DNA of 32,000 nucleotides from Propionibacterium freudenreichii subsp. freudenreichii (GTDB lineage: Bacteria > Actinomycetota > Actinomycetes > Propionibacteriales > Propionibacteriaceae): positions 180,001 to 212,000 of the forward strand of contig NZ_CP010341.1 of the NCBI RefSeq assembly GCF_000940845.1. The letters are read 5' to 3'. The notes under the pieces were generated by a model that saw nothing but the letters and a program-made list of their open reading frames with translations, was not told where the DNA came from and searched no databases. Shown piece by piece: positions 1 to 9,006 of the stretch; the stretch's first letter is position 1, and each line of letters opens with the position of its first letter. The translations under genes and the position numbers were made by a program.

Positions 1-627
1 GTCTACTACCTCGAACGCGACAACCAATACCTGGTCGGCACCGCCGAGGTGCCGCTGGCCGCCTACCACTCCGACGAGATCCTCGATTCCAAGGAACTGC
101 CGCTGCGCTACGCCGGATTCAGCCCGGCCTATCGTCGCGAGGCCGGCAGCTACGGCAAGGACACCCGCGGCATCTTCCGGGTGCACTGGTTCGACAAGTT
201 CGAGATGTTCACCTACTGCCGTCCCGAGGACGCGGTGGCCGAGCACGAGCGGCTGCTGGCCCACGAGAAGGAGTTCATCAGCGCACTCGGCATCCCGTTC
301 GAGGTGCTCGACGTCGCCTCCGGCGACCTGGGGCTGTCGGCCGCGCGCAAGTACGACTGCTACGGCTGGGTGCCCTCGCAGGACAAGTACCGCGAGATCA
401 CGTCCACCTCGAACTGCACCGAGTTCCAGGCGCGCCGGCTCAACATCCGCATGCGCGATGGCAAGCAGGTGACGCCCCTGGCGACGCTCAACGGCACGCT
501 GTGCGCGATGACCCGCATGATCGTGATGATCCTCGAGAACTACCAGCAGGTTGATGGTTCCGTGGTGATCCCCGAGGTGCTACGTCCCTACCTGGGTGGA
601 CGCGAGGTCTTCACGCCCAAGGGCTGA
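1..627 (+). CDS. serS: Seryl-tRNA synthetase, C-terminal catalytic part (5' end lies upstream of the window)
   Basis: Frame 1 is open from base 1 ([23 protein letters not shown]...) and runs into the 49..627 ORF. The strings [52 protein letters not shown] and [20 protein letters not shown] are typical of the class II SerRS core. Stop codon at 625-627. Confidence 0.9.
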   Translation, partial: VYYLERDNQYLVGTAEVPLAAYHSDEILDSKELPLRYAGFSPAYRREAGSYGKDTRGIFRVHWFDKFEMFTYCRPEDAVAEHERLLAHEKEFISALGIPFEVLDVASGDLGLSAARKYDCYGWVPSQDKYREITSTSNCTEFQARRLNIRMRDGKQVTPLATLNGTLCAMTRMIVMILENYQQVDGSVVIPEVLRPYLGGREVFTPKG

Positions 628-747
628 GGCCCTGCGGCCCGGCCGCTTCCCTGCTGCGCGATACTGGGTGACAACACCGTTCCCGGGTGCCTGTCGCGCA
701 CAGGGCACGTCCCGTACCGAGAATGTCCCGCAAAGAGGGGGGTCGTC

Positions 748-1428
748 ATGGAACACACGGTCGATCTGGCCGGCGAGTACCTGCTGTTGGTGCTCGACGA
801 CCACAAGGGTGGCTTCCGCCAGGACCTGACCACCATCGATTACACGGTTGCGGCCGCCGAGCTGGTCGACCTGGTGGGCATGGGCGCCCTCGAGTTCACC
901 GGCACCGGCGAGAACCGCACCTTCGTGCCCGGTGAGAAGGCGCCGCAGGACCCCCTGCTGGCCGAGCTTGCCGAGCTGGCAGCCGGACGCAGCTACGACG
1001 AGGCCATCACCGCGCTGAGCGGTGGCGTCTCGGTGGGCGACGACAAGCCCCGCTCACTGCGCAGCCTGGAGTTGGAACGGCTGGTGAACGCCGGCATCCT
1101 GCGGGCCCAGCACGGCAAGCTGCTCGGGCTCATCCCGCGCACCCGCTATCCGCAGGCCGATCCCACCGTGGAACTGGAACTGCGCGCCCGGCTCAGCGGC
1201 GCACTCGTCGGTACCACCGACCTTGATGACCGCTCCCGCGCCCTCATCGCGCTGCTCTATGCCGCCCACGCGCTGGGCAAGGCCTTCCCCGACCTCGACC
1301 AGAAGCGCATCTGGCGTCGCGGCAAGGAAATCGCCAACGAGTCCTGGGAGGACGACGGCCTGGCGCTGGCGCTGGCGCAGTACGCCACCTACATGGCCAC
1401 CCTGTCCGCCGCCTCTCTGGGGCGCTGA
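748..1428 (+). CDS. GPP34/GOLPH3-like family protein (function unknown in bacteria)
   Basis: 226-aa ORF with strong G/C at third positions. A GAGGGGGG Shine-Dalgarno sits just upstream of the ATG at 748. The N-terminal LAGEYLLLVLDDHKGGF string matches the hallmark opening of bacterial GPP34 (PF05719-type) proteins as I remember them. Confidence 0.6.
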   Translation: MEHTVDLAGEYLLLVLDDHKGGFRQDLTTIDYTVAAAELVDLVGMGALEFTGTGENRTFVPGEKAPQDPLLAELAELAAGRSYDEAITALSGGVSVGDDKPRSLRSLELERLVNAGILRAQHGKLLGLIPRTRYPQADPTVELELRARLSGALVGTTDLDDRSRALIALLYAAHALGKAFPDLDQKRIWRRGKEIANESWEDDGLALALAQYATYMATLSAASLGR

Positions 1429-1567
1429 GCCGCAGCGGAGCCGGTCACCCGGTCAGGCGCGCAGGTCGTCCGTCAGGGCCTCGACAGAATCGAAGGACTC
1501 CCCGATGTGGTGCTCCGCTTCGTAGCGGGCATGCGCGTGTCGAGTGAACTCACGGCCTCGGTCGAAC

Positions 1568-4540
1568 TCATTGCTTCGCCGTCACGGTGATGATCCCCTC
1601 ACCCGGCGTGACCGCGCCCTGCGCAGCTTGGGTGACCGAGGCGAACTTGCGGGGGTTGGTGACCAGCACGGGCGTGATCATGGAGTAGCCGGCTGATTCG
1701 ATCACCTTGCGGTCGAAGCGGACGAGGACGTCGCCGGTGGTGACGCGGTCGCCGCGGGCGACGTGGACGTCGAAGCCGGTGCCGCCCAGGTTGACGGTGT
1801 CGATGCCCACGTGGATGAGCAGTTCGATGCCGTTGTCGAGCTTGATGCCGAAGGCGTGTCCGGTGTCCTGGGCGACGATGATCTTGCCGTCGCCCGGTGA
1901 GGTGATCGTGTCCCCGGTGGGATCGATACCCACACCCAATCCGACGATGCCCTTGCTGAACACCGGATCGGGCACATCCGACAACGCCACCACGCGACCC
2001 GCCACCGGCGAGCCGATCTCGGTGACCGCCCCGGCGACCAGCGCCGAACCCGGCGCGGCGCCCGACGCAGCAGCACTGCCGGATGAATCTGCAGCCCCCG
2101 CGGTGGTGGCAGCCCGTCGCGCCCCATCCGCTGTGCCAGTGCCCTGCGGACTGGCCTGCGCATCCCCGTGCGCGGAAACCCCGTGTGCGGAAACCCCCGG
2201 GACGGTGCTTCCGGGAGCGGGGGACCCGCCCACTGATGCCCCGCCCACTGATGACCCGGGCGCCTCGGTGGACGCGCTCGCCCCGGCCTTGCTGTCGCCG
2301 GCGGCAACCGCCTGCGCGGCGCTGCGATGGGCCGGTGCCGGCGGCGTGCCGGGCGCTGCGGCGGCTCCGTCCTTCGGGGGCTTGGCCGTCACGGTGATGA
2401 TCGTGTCGCCGGGGGCCACCAGCGCCGACGACAGCGTCGCCGGGGCCTGGGTGACCGAGGCGAACTTGCGCGGGTTGGTGACCAGCACGGGCGTGATCAT
2501 GGAGTAGCCGGCTGATTCGATCACCTTGCGGTCGAAGCGGACGAGGACGTCGCCGGTGGTGACGCGGTCGCCGCGGGCGACGTGGACGTCGAAGCCGGTG
2601 CCGCCCAGGTTGACGGTGTCGATGCCCACGTGGATGAGCAGTTCGATGCCGTTGTCGAGCTTGATGCCGAAGGCGTGTCCGGTGTCCTGGGCGACGATGA
2701 TCTTGCCGTCGCCCGGTGAGGTGATCGTGTCCCCGGTGGGATCGATGCCCACACCCAGGCCCACCGTGCCCTTCGCGAAGACGGGATCGGGGACCTTGTC
2801 CAACGGCACCACATAGCCGGCCACCGGCGAGGCGATCTGCGTGACCGCATTGGGGGCCAGGGCGGTGCGGGCCGGGGCCACGGCCGTCGCGACCTGCGCG
2901 GCCCGTTCGGCTGCCACCGTCGTGGTGGCCGCCCGCTGCTCGGCCTGGTCGGCCCGGGCCTCGGCGTCGTCGGCGCGCAGCTCGGCCTTGTGGGCCTCGG
3001 CGCTCGCCTTCCGGGCCTCCTCGGCGGCCTGGTCGGCGTCCTCGGTGGCGCGCACCTTGGCAGCCTCGGCGCGCTCGTCGGCCGTGCGGTAGTCGAAGAA
3101 GACCACCAGCAACATCGAGCTGAAGAACGCCACCGCGATCGAGATGGCATACAGCGGGATGTTGCTGAACGCCGGAATCGTCAACAGCGAGGTGAACACG
3201 AAGGCGTTCGTGGTGAGGCCTCCGCCGATGCCCTGCACCAGGCCACCCAGGAAGCAGCCCACCAGGATGCGTGGATAGATCCGCTTGAACCGCAGGTGGA
3301 TGCCGTACAGGCTCGGCTCGGAGATGCCACCCAACAACCCGGCCGCCAGGGCGCCGGTGGCGGTCTGGCGCATCGTCACGTCACGGTCGCGCACCAACAG
3401 GAACAGCACGCCGGCGGTGGCGCCGAAGCAGGCGAAGTTCCAGGCACCCATCGGGCCCTGGATGAAGTCGAAGCCCAGCGTCTGGATGTTGAGCAGCATG
3501 ATGGCGTTCAACGGCCAGTGCAGGCCCAGCGGCACCATGAACGGGTACAGCATCGGGATGAGGATCGCGAAGATGAACGGCGAGAAGTCATTGACCGCCT
3601 TGAGCCCATTGGCCAGCCCGGCGCCCGCATAGACGCCCAGCGGCCCGATGAGGAAGGCGGTGAGCGGAATCATGATGAGCATCGACAGGAAGGGCACGAA
3701 GATCAGCTGCACATTGGGCGAGATGATCTTCTTGAGCAGCTTGTACAAGGGCCCCAGCACCGCCGCCATCAACAGGGGTGGGAACACCTGCGAGCCGTAG
3801 TCGAAGATCGTCAGCGGCAGGTGGCCGCCGAACAGCCGCACCACGTTGATCTCGGAACCGGCGAAGGTGAGGTGGGTGGCGTACTGGCCCAGCGAGGTGA
3901 ACCCGGGCAGCATCACCACGGCCATCACCGCAAACCCGATCCACGGGTCGGCGCCGAGCTTCTTGGACGCGTTGTAGGCCACCATCAGCGGCAGGAAGTA
4001 GAACACGCAGCGCCAGCACAGGTTGATGAACTGCCAGGTGGGCGACAGCTCGGTGCGCGGATCGGCCCAGTTGCCGATCACGCCCAGGGTGCCCATCAGC
4101 GCCATGAAGGTGATGATCAGCGACGCGCCCAGCAGCGAGCCCAGGATCGGCCGGAAGGAATCACCCAGGAAGTCGAAGAAGCTGTCCAGCCAGGTGAACC
4201 TGCCGCGCGGGCCCTTCTCCTTGGCAGCGCTCTTGACGTCGGCATTGCTGCCGGACTTCTGTGTGCCGGTCGCCGAGCCGCCCTCCTTCATCTCGGGCAG
4301 CGCCATGATGTCGTTGTAGACGCTCTCGACCGCCCCGCCGATCACCACCTGGTAGCGGTTGCCGCTCTGCGAGACCGCACCCATCACGCCGGGGATCGAC
4401 TCCACCTGCTTCTCGTCGATGCCCGAGTTGTCATGCAACTGGAAACGCAGGCGGGTGGCGCAATGGGTCAGGTTCTCGACGTTGTCGGCGCCCCCGATGC
4501 TGGCAAGGATCTCTGCTGGGGCGTTGATATCTGAGGTCAT
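1568..4540 (-). CDS. PTS sugar permease of the glucose/beta-glucoside/sucrose superfamily, domain order EIIB-EIIC-EIIA-EIIA
   Basis: The N-terminal EIIB has the phospho-Cys motif NVENLTHCATRLRFQLHD. The EIIC membrane core carries GISEPSLYGIHLRF. A charged helical linker follows, then two EIIA-Glc domains, each with TGHAFGI and LIHVGIDTV histidine motifs. The ORF track starts at 4561, but the ATG at 4540 (MTSDINAP...) is preceded by GGGGA 6 nt upstream and is the likelier start. Confidence 0.9.
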   Translation of the reverse strand: MTSDINAPAEILASIGGADNVENLTHCATRLRFQLHDNSGIDEKQVESIPGVMGAVSQSGNRYQVVIGGAVESVYNDIMALPEMKEGGSATGTQKSGSNADVKSAAKEKGPRGRFTWLDSFFDFLGDSFRPILGSLLGASLIITFMALMGTLGVIGNWADPRTELSPTWQFINLCWRCVFYFLPLMVAYNASKKLGADPWIGFAVMAVVMLPGFTSLGQYATHLTFAGSEINVVRLFGGHLPLTIFDYGSQVFPPLLMAAVLGPLYKLLKKIISPNVQLIFVPFLSMLIMIPLTAFLIGPLGVYAGAGLANGLKAVNDFSPFIFAILIPMLYPFMVPLGLHWPLNAIMLLNIQTLGFDFIQGPMGAWNFACFGATAGVLFLLVRDRDVTMRQTATGALAAGLLGGISEPSLYGIHLRFKRIYPRILVGCFLGGLVQGIGGGLTTNAFVFTSLLTIPAFSNIPLYAISIAVAFFSSMLLVVFFDYRTADERAEAAKVRATEDADQAAEEARKASAEAHKAELRADDAEARADQAEQRAATTTVAAERAAQVATAVAPARTALAPNAVTQIASPVAGYVVPLDKVPDPVFAKGTVGLGVGIDPTGDTITSPGDGKIIVAQDTGHAFGIKLDNGIELLIHVGIDTVNLGGTGFDVHVARGDRVTTGDVLVRFDRKVIESAGYSMITPVLVTNPRKFASVTQAPATLSSALVAPGDTIITVTAKPPKDGAAAAPGTPPAPAHRSAAQAVAAGDSKAGASASTEAPGSSVGGASVGGSPAPGSTVPGVSAHGVSAHGDAQASPQGTGTADGARRAATTAGAADSSGSAAASGAAPGSALVAGAVTEIGSPVAGRVVALSDVPDPVFSKGIVGLGVGIDPTGDTITSPGDGKIIVAQDTGHAFGIKLDNGIELLIHVGIDTVNLGGTGFDVHVARGDRVTTGDVLVRFDRKVIESAGYSMITPVLVTNPRKFASVTQAAQGAVTPGEGIITVTAKQ
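1630..2028. repeat. Intragenic direct repeat, copy 1 (encodes the C-terminal EIIA domain of the PTS gene)
   Basis: Aligns with 2449..2847 at an offset of exactly 819 bp (273 codons). About 1630-1927 is virtually identical; I found one mismatch, at 1652/2471. All three reading frames of both strands give identical peptides in the ORF track. The remaining ~100 bp is roughly three-quarters identical. Confidence 0.9.
2449..2847. repeat. Intragenic direct repeat, copy 2 (encodes the first EIIA domain of the PTS gene)
   Basis: Partner of 1630..2028; see that entry. Confidence 0.9.
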
Positions 4541-4789
4541 GTCGAATCCCCGTTCTGGCAAGGACGTGTCAGCGGTGTGTCGCTGAGCAATCGCGCGCTG
4601 TTCATATCGTAAGGAAGCCGCGGCTGAATTGTTGCCACCGGGAAAGACCGGTCGGCGCCCCGATGCCGTGACGCGCCAGTGTAACGGCAGCCCGCCCCCG
4701 GCTGCGGTGATGCGCTCCGCTTGGTCCGGCGGCTCGCCGAATTATGTACAAGGCGGACACGGCGGGGCGGTGCGCGACAGAGTAGGGAT

Positions 4790-6184
4790 ATGAGCAAACC
4801 AGTGGCCACCCTCACCTTCCTCGGCGCGGCGCGCACCGTGACCGGCTCAAAGTTCCTGCTCGACCTCAATGAGCGCCGGCTCATGGTTGACGCCGGCATG
4901 TTCCAGGGTGCCCGGGAATGGCGTCGTCGCAATTGGGACGACTTCCCGGTGGACCCGGCGACGATCACCGACCTGCTCATCACCCATGCCCACATGGACC
5001 ACAGTGGCTACATTCCCGCCCTGGTCAAGCACGGCTTCCACGGACGCATCCACTGCACGCCCCAGACCCGCGAACTCACCGCCATCGTGCTGCGCGACTC
5101 GGCGAACCTGCAGGTGAACGAGGCCCGCGACGCCGCACGGGGCGGCTATTCCAAGCACAATCCGCCACTGCCGCTCTACGACGAGGCCGACGTCGAGCGC
5201 TCCCTGCCGCTGTTCCACGACGTCGCCTTCGACCGCGACCTCGACCTGGGCGGCGGGGTGCATGCGCGCTTCACCCGCGCCGGGCACATCCTCGGATCGG
5301 CGAGCATCCGGGTCTGGCTGGCCGACGACCCGCAGATCTCGGTGCTGTTCTCCGGCGACCTGGGACGCGACCAGCATCCGGTGCTGCGCCGCCGCGAGGA
5401 ACCCGAGGGCGCCACCTCGGTGCTCATCGAATCGACCTACGGCAACCGGGAACATCCCACCGGCGACGAGGAGGACCATGAGCCCCTGGCCGGACTGATC
5501 CGGCGCACCATCGCCCGGGGCGGCTCGGTGCTCATCCCGGCCTTCGCCGTGGACCGCACCGAGATCGTCATCAAGGTGCTGGGCGAGATGCAGCATGCCG
5601 GACGCATCCCCCCGGTGCCCATCTTCATCAACTCGCCGATGGGCTCGGCGGCACTTGACGTCTACCAGGGCACCGGGGCCCACGCCGAGCTGCGCGCCGA
5701 CATCGACATCTCGGCCCTGCTCAACCTGCCGACGCTGCGCGATGTGCGCACCAAGGAGGAGTCGGTGGCGCTCAACCGGCCGGCGCAGCCGTGCATCATC
5801 ATCAGCGCCTCGGGCATGGCCACCGGCGGACGCGTCGTGCACCACCTGCGCCATATGCTGCCCGATCCGCGCAATGCGGTGGTCTTCACCGGCTACCAGG
5901 CCCTCGGCACCCGTGGAAGATCTCTCGTGGAGGGCGCCAAGCAGATCAAGATGTATGGCCGATATGTGCCGGTGAAGGCAGAAGTGTTGCTGGACACCGC
6001 CTTCAGCGTGCATGCCGACGCCCCCGAACTGCTCGAGTGGCTGGCCGCATTGAGCCCGGCCCCGCAGGTGGTCTACTGCGTGCACGGTGAGCCGAAGTCC
6101 GCCGAACACCTGGCCGACACCATCAGCGAGGAGCTCGGCCTGATGGCCGTGGTGCCCCGCTACGGCGAGGTGGTGCGGTTGTGA
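4790..6184 (+). CDS. MBL-fold metallo-hydrolase of the beta-CASP (RNA-metabolising, COG1236/Ysh1-like) type
   Basis: Carries the HAHMDHSGY (HxHxDH) motif, then AGHILGS and FSGDLG, with beta-CASP-like ESTYG, SGMATGGRVVHHL and VHGEP strings. The ATG at 4790 (MSKPVATLTFLGAARTVTGSKFLLD) follows AGTAGGGA. The 23 codons from 4721 upstream of it look like non-coding extension. Confidence 0.8.
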   Translation: MSKPVATLTFLGAARTVTGSKFLLDLNERRLMVDAGMFQGAREWRRRNWDDFPVDPATITDLLITHAHMDHSGYIPALVKHGFHGRIHCTPQTRELTAIVLRDSANLQVNEARDAARGGYSKHNPPLPLYDEADVERSLPLFHDVAFDRDLDLGGGVHARFTRAGHILGSASIRVWLADDPQISVLFSGDLGRDQHPVLRRREEPEGATSVLIESTYGNREHPTGDEEDHEPLAGLIRRTIARGGSVLIPAFAVDRTEIVIKVLGEMQHAGRIPPVPIFINSPMGSAALDVYQGTGAHAELRADIDISALLNLPTLRDVRTKEESVALNRPAQPCIIISASGMATGGRVVHHLRHMLPDPRNAVVFTGYQALGTRGRSLVEGAKQIKMYGRYVPVKAEVLLDTAFSVHADAPELLEWLAALSPAPQVVYCVHGEPKSAEHLADTISEELGLMAVVPRYGEVVRL

Positions 6185-6900
6185 GCGCCGTGCAGGACGC
6201 CCCCGGCGACGCGCCGTGCATCCTGATCGTCGAGGACGAACACTCGCTGGCCACCGTGATGGCCGGCTATTTCACCCGCAACGGGTACCGCGCCGAGGTG
6301 GTCGGTGACGGACTCGAGGCGGTGGCGGCAGCCCGTCGCCTCGACCCCTCGGTGGTGATCCTCGACCTGGGCCTGCCGAGCCTGGACGGTGTGGAGGTGG
6401 CGTGTCGCATCCGCACCTTCTCTGATTGCTACATCCTCATGCTCACCGCCCGCGCCGACGAGGTGGATGAGCTCATCGGCCTGTCGGTGGGTGCCGACGA
6501 CTACCTCACCAAGCCGTTCAGCCCGCGGCTGCTGATCGCCCGGGTGCAGGCGATGCAACGCCGCCCCCGCAGCGCCATCACCCCGCCCGACGAGCAGCCC
6601 CTGCGCATAGGGGAGCTGACGATCGACCCGGCGGCCCGCGAGGTGCAGCTGGGCACCCGCGAGATCGCCCTCACCCGCACCGAGTTCGACCTGTTGGCGC
6701 ACCTGGCGCGCAATCCACGCCGCGCCATCAGCCGCGATGAGTTGATCGAGGCCGTCTGGGGCGTCGGCTGGTCGGGGGACGACCAGCTGGTGGACACCCA
6801 CATCGGCCACCTGCGCAAGAAGCTGGGCGATTCGGCGGCCAACGCCCGGTTCATCGAGACCGTGCGCGGCGTCGGCTATCGGATGGGACAGGGCCGGTGA
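6181..6900 (+). CDS. OmpR/PhoB-family response regulator (receiver plus winged-helix)
   Basis: Receiver strings ILIVEDEHSL...VILDLGLPSLDG...DDYLTKPFSPRLL and the C-terminal trans_reg_C-like TRTEFDLLAHLARNPRRAISRDELI...ETVRGVGYRM. The GTG start overlaps the upstream stop as GTGA (6181-6184). Confidence 0.9.
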   Translation: MSAVQDAPGDAPCILIVEDEHSLATVMAGYFTRNGYRAEVVGDGLEAVAAARRLDPSVVILDLGLPSLDGVEVACRIRTFSDCYILMLTARADEVDELIGLSVGADDYLTKPFSPRLLIARVQAMQRRPRSAITPPDEQPLRIGELTIDPAAREVQLGTREIALTRTEFDLLAHLARNPRRAISRDELIEAVWGVGWSGDDQLVDTHIGHLRKKLGDSAANARFIETVRGVGYRMGQGR

Positions 6901-8186
6901 GCGAGCCCCGGACCCCCGATCGGCCGGCGGACACGCACCCGGCAACCCCGTCCGCACCCGACGTGCCGAGGGACGCCGCACTCGGGGACGGAAGGGACGC
7001 CGCGGGCACCGGGGACCGCAGGGACAGCAGGGACAGTGGGGCTGGCGTCCGGCGCTGGTGGCATGTGCTCACCCGCCGATCGATCGCGCGTCGGTTCCTC
7101 ACCGGTGCCGCCGTGGTGGTGGGCGTGGCGGTGGTGACCATCTTCGTGGTGGACGCCCTGGTGAGCCCGGCGATCTTCCATGCGCACCTCATGCAGGCCG
7201 ACCTGTCGAACCCCGAGACCGTGCTGCGTCACGTGGAGGAGGGCATGCGCTCGTCCAACATGATCGCCCTGGCGGTGGCGATCCTCATCGCCGTGCTGGC
7301 CGCGCTGCTCGTCTCGCTCTACCTGGCCACCCGGGTCTCGGCGTCGCTGGCACCCCTGGCCGCCGCCGCCCGCCAGGTGGCCGCCGGCGACTACACCGCA
7401 CGGGTGGACGCCGGCCCCCTGGGCGCGGAGTTCGACGAGCTCACCGAGGCGGTCAATGCCATGTCGCAGCGGCTGGCCAGCGTCGAACAGTCACGCACCC
7501 GGTTGTTCAGCGACCTGGCCCACGAGATGCGCACCCCGATCGCGGTGGTGCAGGCTCAGCTGGAGGGCATCGAGGACGGTGTGGTCGGGGTGGAGGACTC
7601 CATCCCGGTGCTGCGCGCCCAGGCCGAGCGCCTCACCCGGCTGTCGAGCGACATCGGGCTGTTGTCGCAGGCCCAGGAACATGCGCTGCGCTACGAGTTC
7701 GCCCCCGGTGAGGTGGCGTCGGTGGTGCGGGGTTGCGTCGACGACATGGCGCTGCGCTACCGCGAGGCAGGCGTGCAGCTCACCCTGGACGTGGCCACCC
7801 ATGCCCGCGCGCAGCTGGACACCGCCCGCTTCGCGCAGGTGATCACGAACCTGCTGGCCAATGCGCTCAATGCCACCGTGTCCGCCGGCCGCGGGCGTAC
7901 TGGTGACCGGGGCGGCCATGTGCACGTGGGCGTGCGCCGCCACGGCAACGAGGTGGCGGTGCAGGTGCGCGACGATGGCGTGGGGATCTCACCCGAGGAG
8001 CTGCCGCATGTCTTTGACCGCTTCGCGCGGGTGGGGCCCGCCCGCGACCGCAGCAGCGGAGGCTTCGGCATCGGGTTGACGGTGGCCCGTGCCATCATGT
8101 CGGCCCATCACGGACGCATCAGTGCCGACAGCCCCGGACCGGGACGCGGCGCGACGTTCACCGTGACGGTGCCGGTGCTGCACTGA
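6897..8186 (+). CDS. Sensor histidine kinase (2 TM, short extracytoplasmic loop, HAMP, HisKA, HATPase_c)
   Basis: H-box FSDLAHEMRTPIAV, N-box ITNLLANALNA, and G-boxes VRDDGVGI and GGFGIGLTVARAI. Two hydrophobic segments flank a ~35-aa loop. The GTG start overlaps the response regulator stop as GTGA (6897-6900). Confidence 0.9.
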   Translation: MSEPRTPDRPADTHPATPSAPDVPRDAALGDGRDAAGTGDRRDSRDSGAGVRRWWHVLTRRSIARRFLTGAAVVVGVAVVTIFVVDALVSPAIFHAHLMQADLSNPETVLRHVEEGMRSSNMIALAVAILIAVLAALLVSLYLATRVSASLAPLAAAARQVAAGDYTARVDAGPLGAEFDELTEAVNAMSQRLASVEQSRTRLFSDLAHEMRTPIAVVQAQLEGIEDGVVGVEDSIPVLRAQAERLTRLSSDIGLLSQAQEHALRYEFAPGEVASVVRGCVDDMALRYREAGVQLTLDVATHARAQLDTARFAQVITNLLANALNATVSAGRGRTGDRGGHVHVGVRRHGNEVAVQVRDDGVGISPEELPHVFDRFARVGPARDRSSGGFGIGLTVARAIMSAHHGRISADSPGPGRGATFTVTVPVLH

Positions 8187-8247
8187 TCGGGCCGGGCGTG
8201 CCCCCGAGTGCCGGGCGAATCCCCAGCCGGCCCGGCGTTCCCCCTGC

Positions 8248-8895
8248 TCAGGCCAGGTGCAGCGTCGTCAGGCAGGTGGGGTCGTCGGCCTTGGCGGTGG
8301 AGATCTGCTGGCTGGCCGACTTGCCGTCGTAGCTCACGGTCAGCGTGCCGGTGATGTTGCGCGGCAGCCAGACCCCGATGAAGCCGTTGTCGGCGGCGGT
8401 CAGGTCCTGGTCGATCACCGTGGCGCCCGCGGCGTCGGTGATGGTCACGTGCATCTGCTTGTTGCCCAACTCCGCCTTGCAGGTGGTGAGGCTGTGGTAG
8501 GTGCAGTCATGGGTCTTGTTCACATAGGGCGCGAACGACAGGTAGAACTGGTCGGCCGGCATCTTCACCGACGCCTTGTTGCCCGAGGTGTCCGACAACT
8601 GCAGCTCGTCGGCGCGCACCGAGGCCCGCAGGTCGGTGCGGCGCTGGCTCAGCGGGGTGGCCTCCAGCTTGTCCACCAACGTGCGCGCGTCGGCGCCCTT
8701 GAGCTCCTCGACGCCGGCCTTCGCCACGTCCACCGAACCGTTGGCGGCAGCGGAGCTGGTGTTCGACGCCGCACCGGCAGCGACGGTGCCCGAGGGGGTG
8801 CCTGACGACGGGCCGGCGGTGGCGGTGGAACATCCGGCAAGCACCACGAGGCTCAGGGCACTGGCGGCGAGGGTGGTGGCGAAGCGGCGCGACAT
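8248..8895 (-). CDS. Secreted lipoprotein, probably CueP-family periplasmic metal (copper)-binding protein
   Basis: Lipobox signal peptide MSRRFATTLAASALSLVVLAGC. CAGGAGAG Shine-Dalgarno upstream. The C-terminal half, FYLSFAPYVNKTHDCTYHSLTTCKAELG...NGFIGVWLPRN...DPTCLTT, has three Cys and matches my recollection of CueP. The lipoprotein call is solid; the family assignment was not verified by a search. Confidence 0.55.
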   Translation of the reverse strand: MSRRFATTLAASALSLVVLAGCSTATAGPSSGTPSGTVAAGAASNTSSAAANGSVDVAKAGVEELKGADARTLVDKLEATPLSQRRTDLRASVRADELQLSDTSGNKASVKMPADQFYLSFAPYVNKTHDCTYHSLTTCKAELGNKQMHVTITDAAGATVIDQDLTAADNGFIGVWLPRNITGTLTVSYDGKSASQQISTAKADDPTCLTTLHLA

Positions 8896-9006
8896 GTGGC
8901 GGATCTCTCCTGTGTGGTCGGGTTCCCCAAGGGGGCTGTGTGCATAGCCTGCTCGCGCGCCGCCGCGCGGCTCAATGGTTGGGCCACGATCTTCATAGGA
9001 ACTCCA

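Noticed and set aside
1446-1567. Codon-like, GC3-rich minus-strand frame reading ...EFDRGREFTRHAHARYEAEHHIGESFDSVEALTDDLRA* just downstream of the PTS stop.
   Set aside because: There is no in-frame start codon after the upstream stop, the frame is only about 40 codons long, and I recognise no motif. It may be a decayed remnant, but it cannot be supported as a gene.
2990-4534. 514-aa + strand ORF, one of many long ORFs lying antisense to confidently identified genes. Others include 4847-6109, 6160-6981, 9232-10248, 9819-10844, 10817-12346, 13150-14181, 14658-15869, 17466-19685, 22490-23365, 23351-24568, 24253-25392, 25494-26438 and 28889-30985.
   Set aside because: These are the mirror frames of GC3-rich genes, where stop codons are rare by composition. 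Their translations are Arg/Gly/His/Asp-rich low-complexity strings with no recognisable motifs. The opposite strand carries clear family signatures in every case.
4541-4789. Searched for a RAT/terminator antitermination structure upstream of the BglF-like PTS gene. An ATTGTTGCCACCGGGAAAGACCGG string superficially resembles RAT.
   Set aside because: That string is on the wrong strand relative to the PTS gene, there is no BglG/LicT-family gene nearby, and the match to the RAT consensus is weak.
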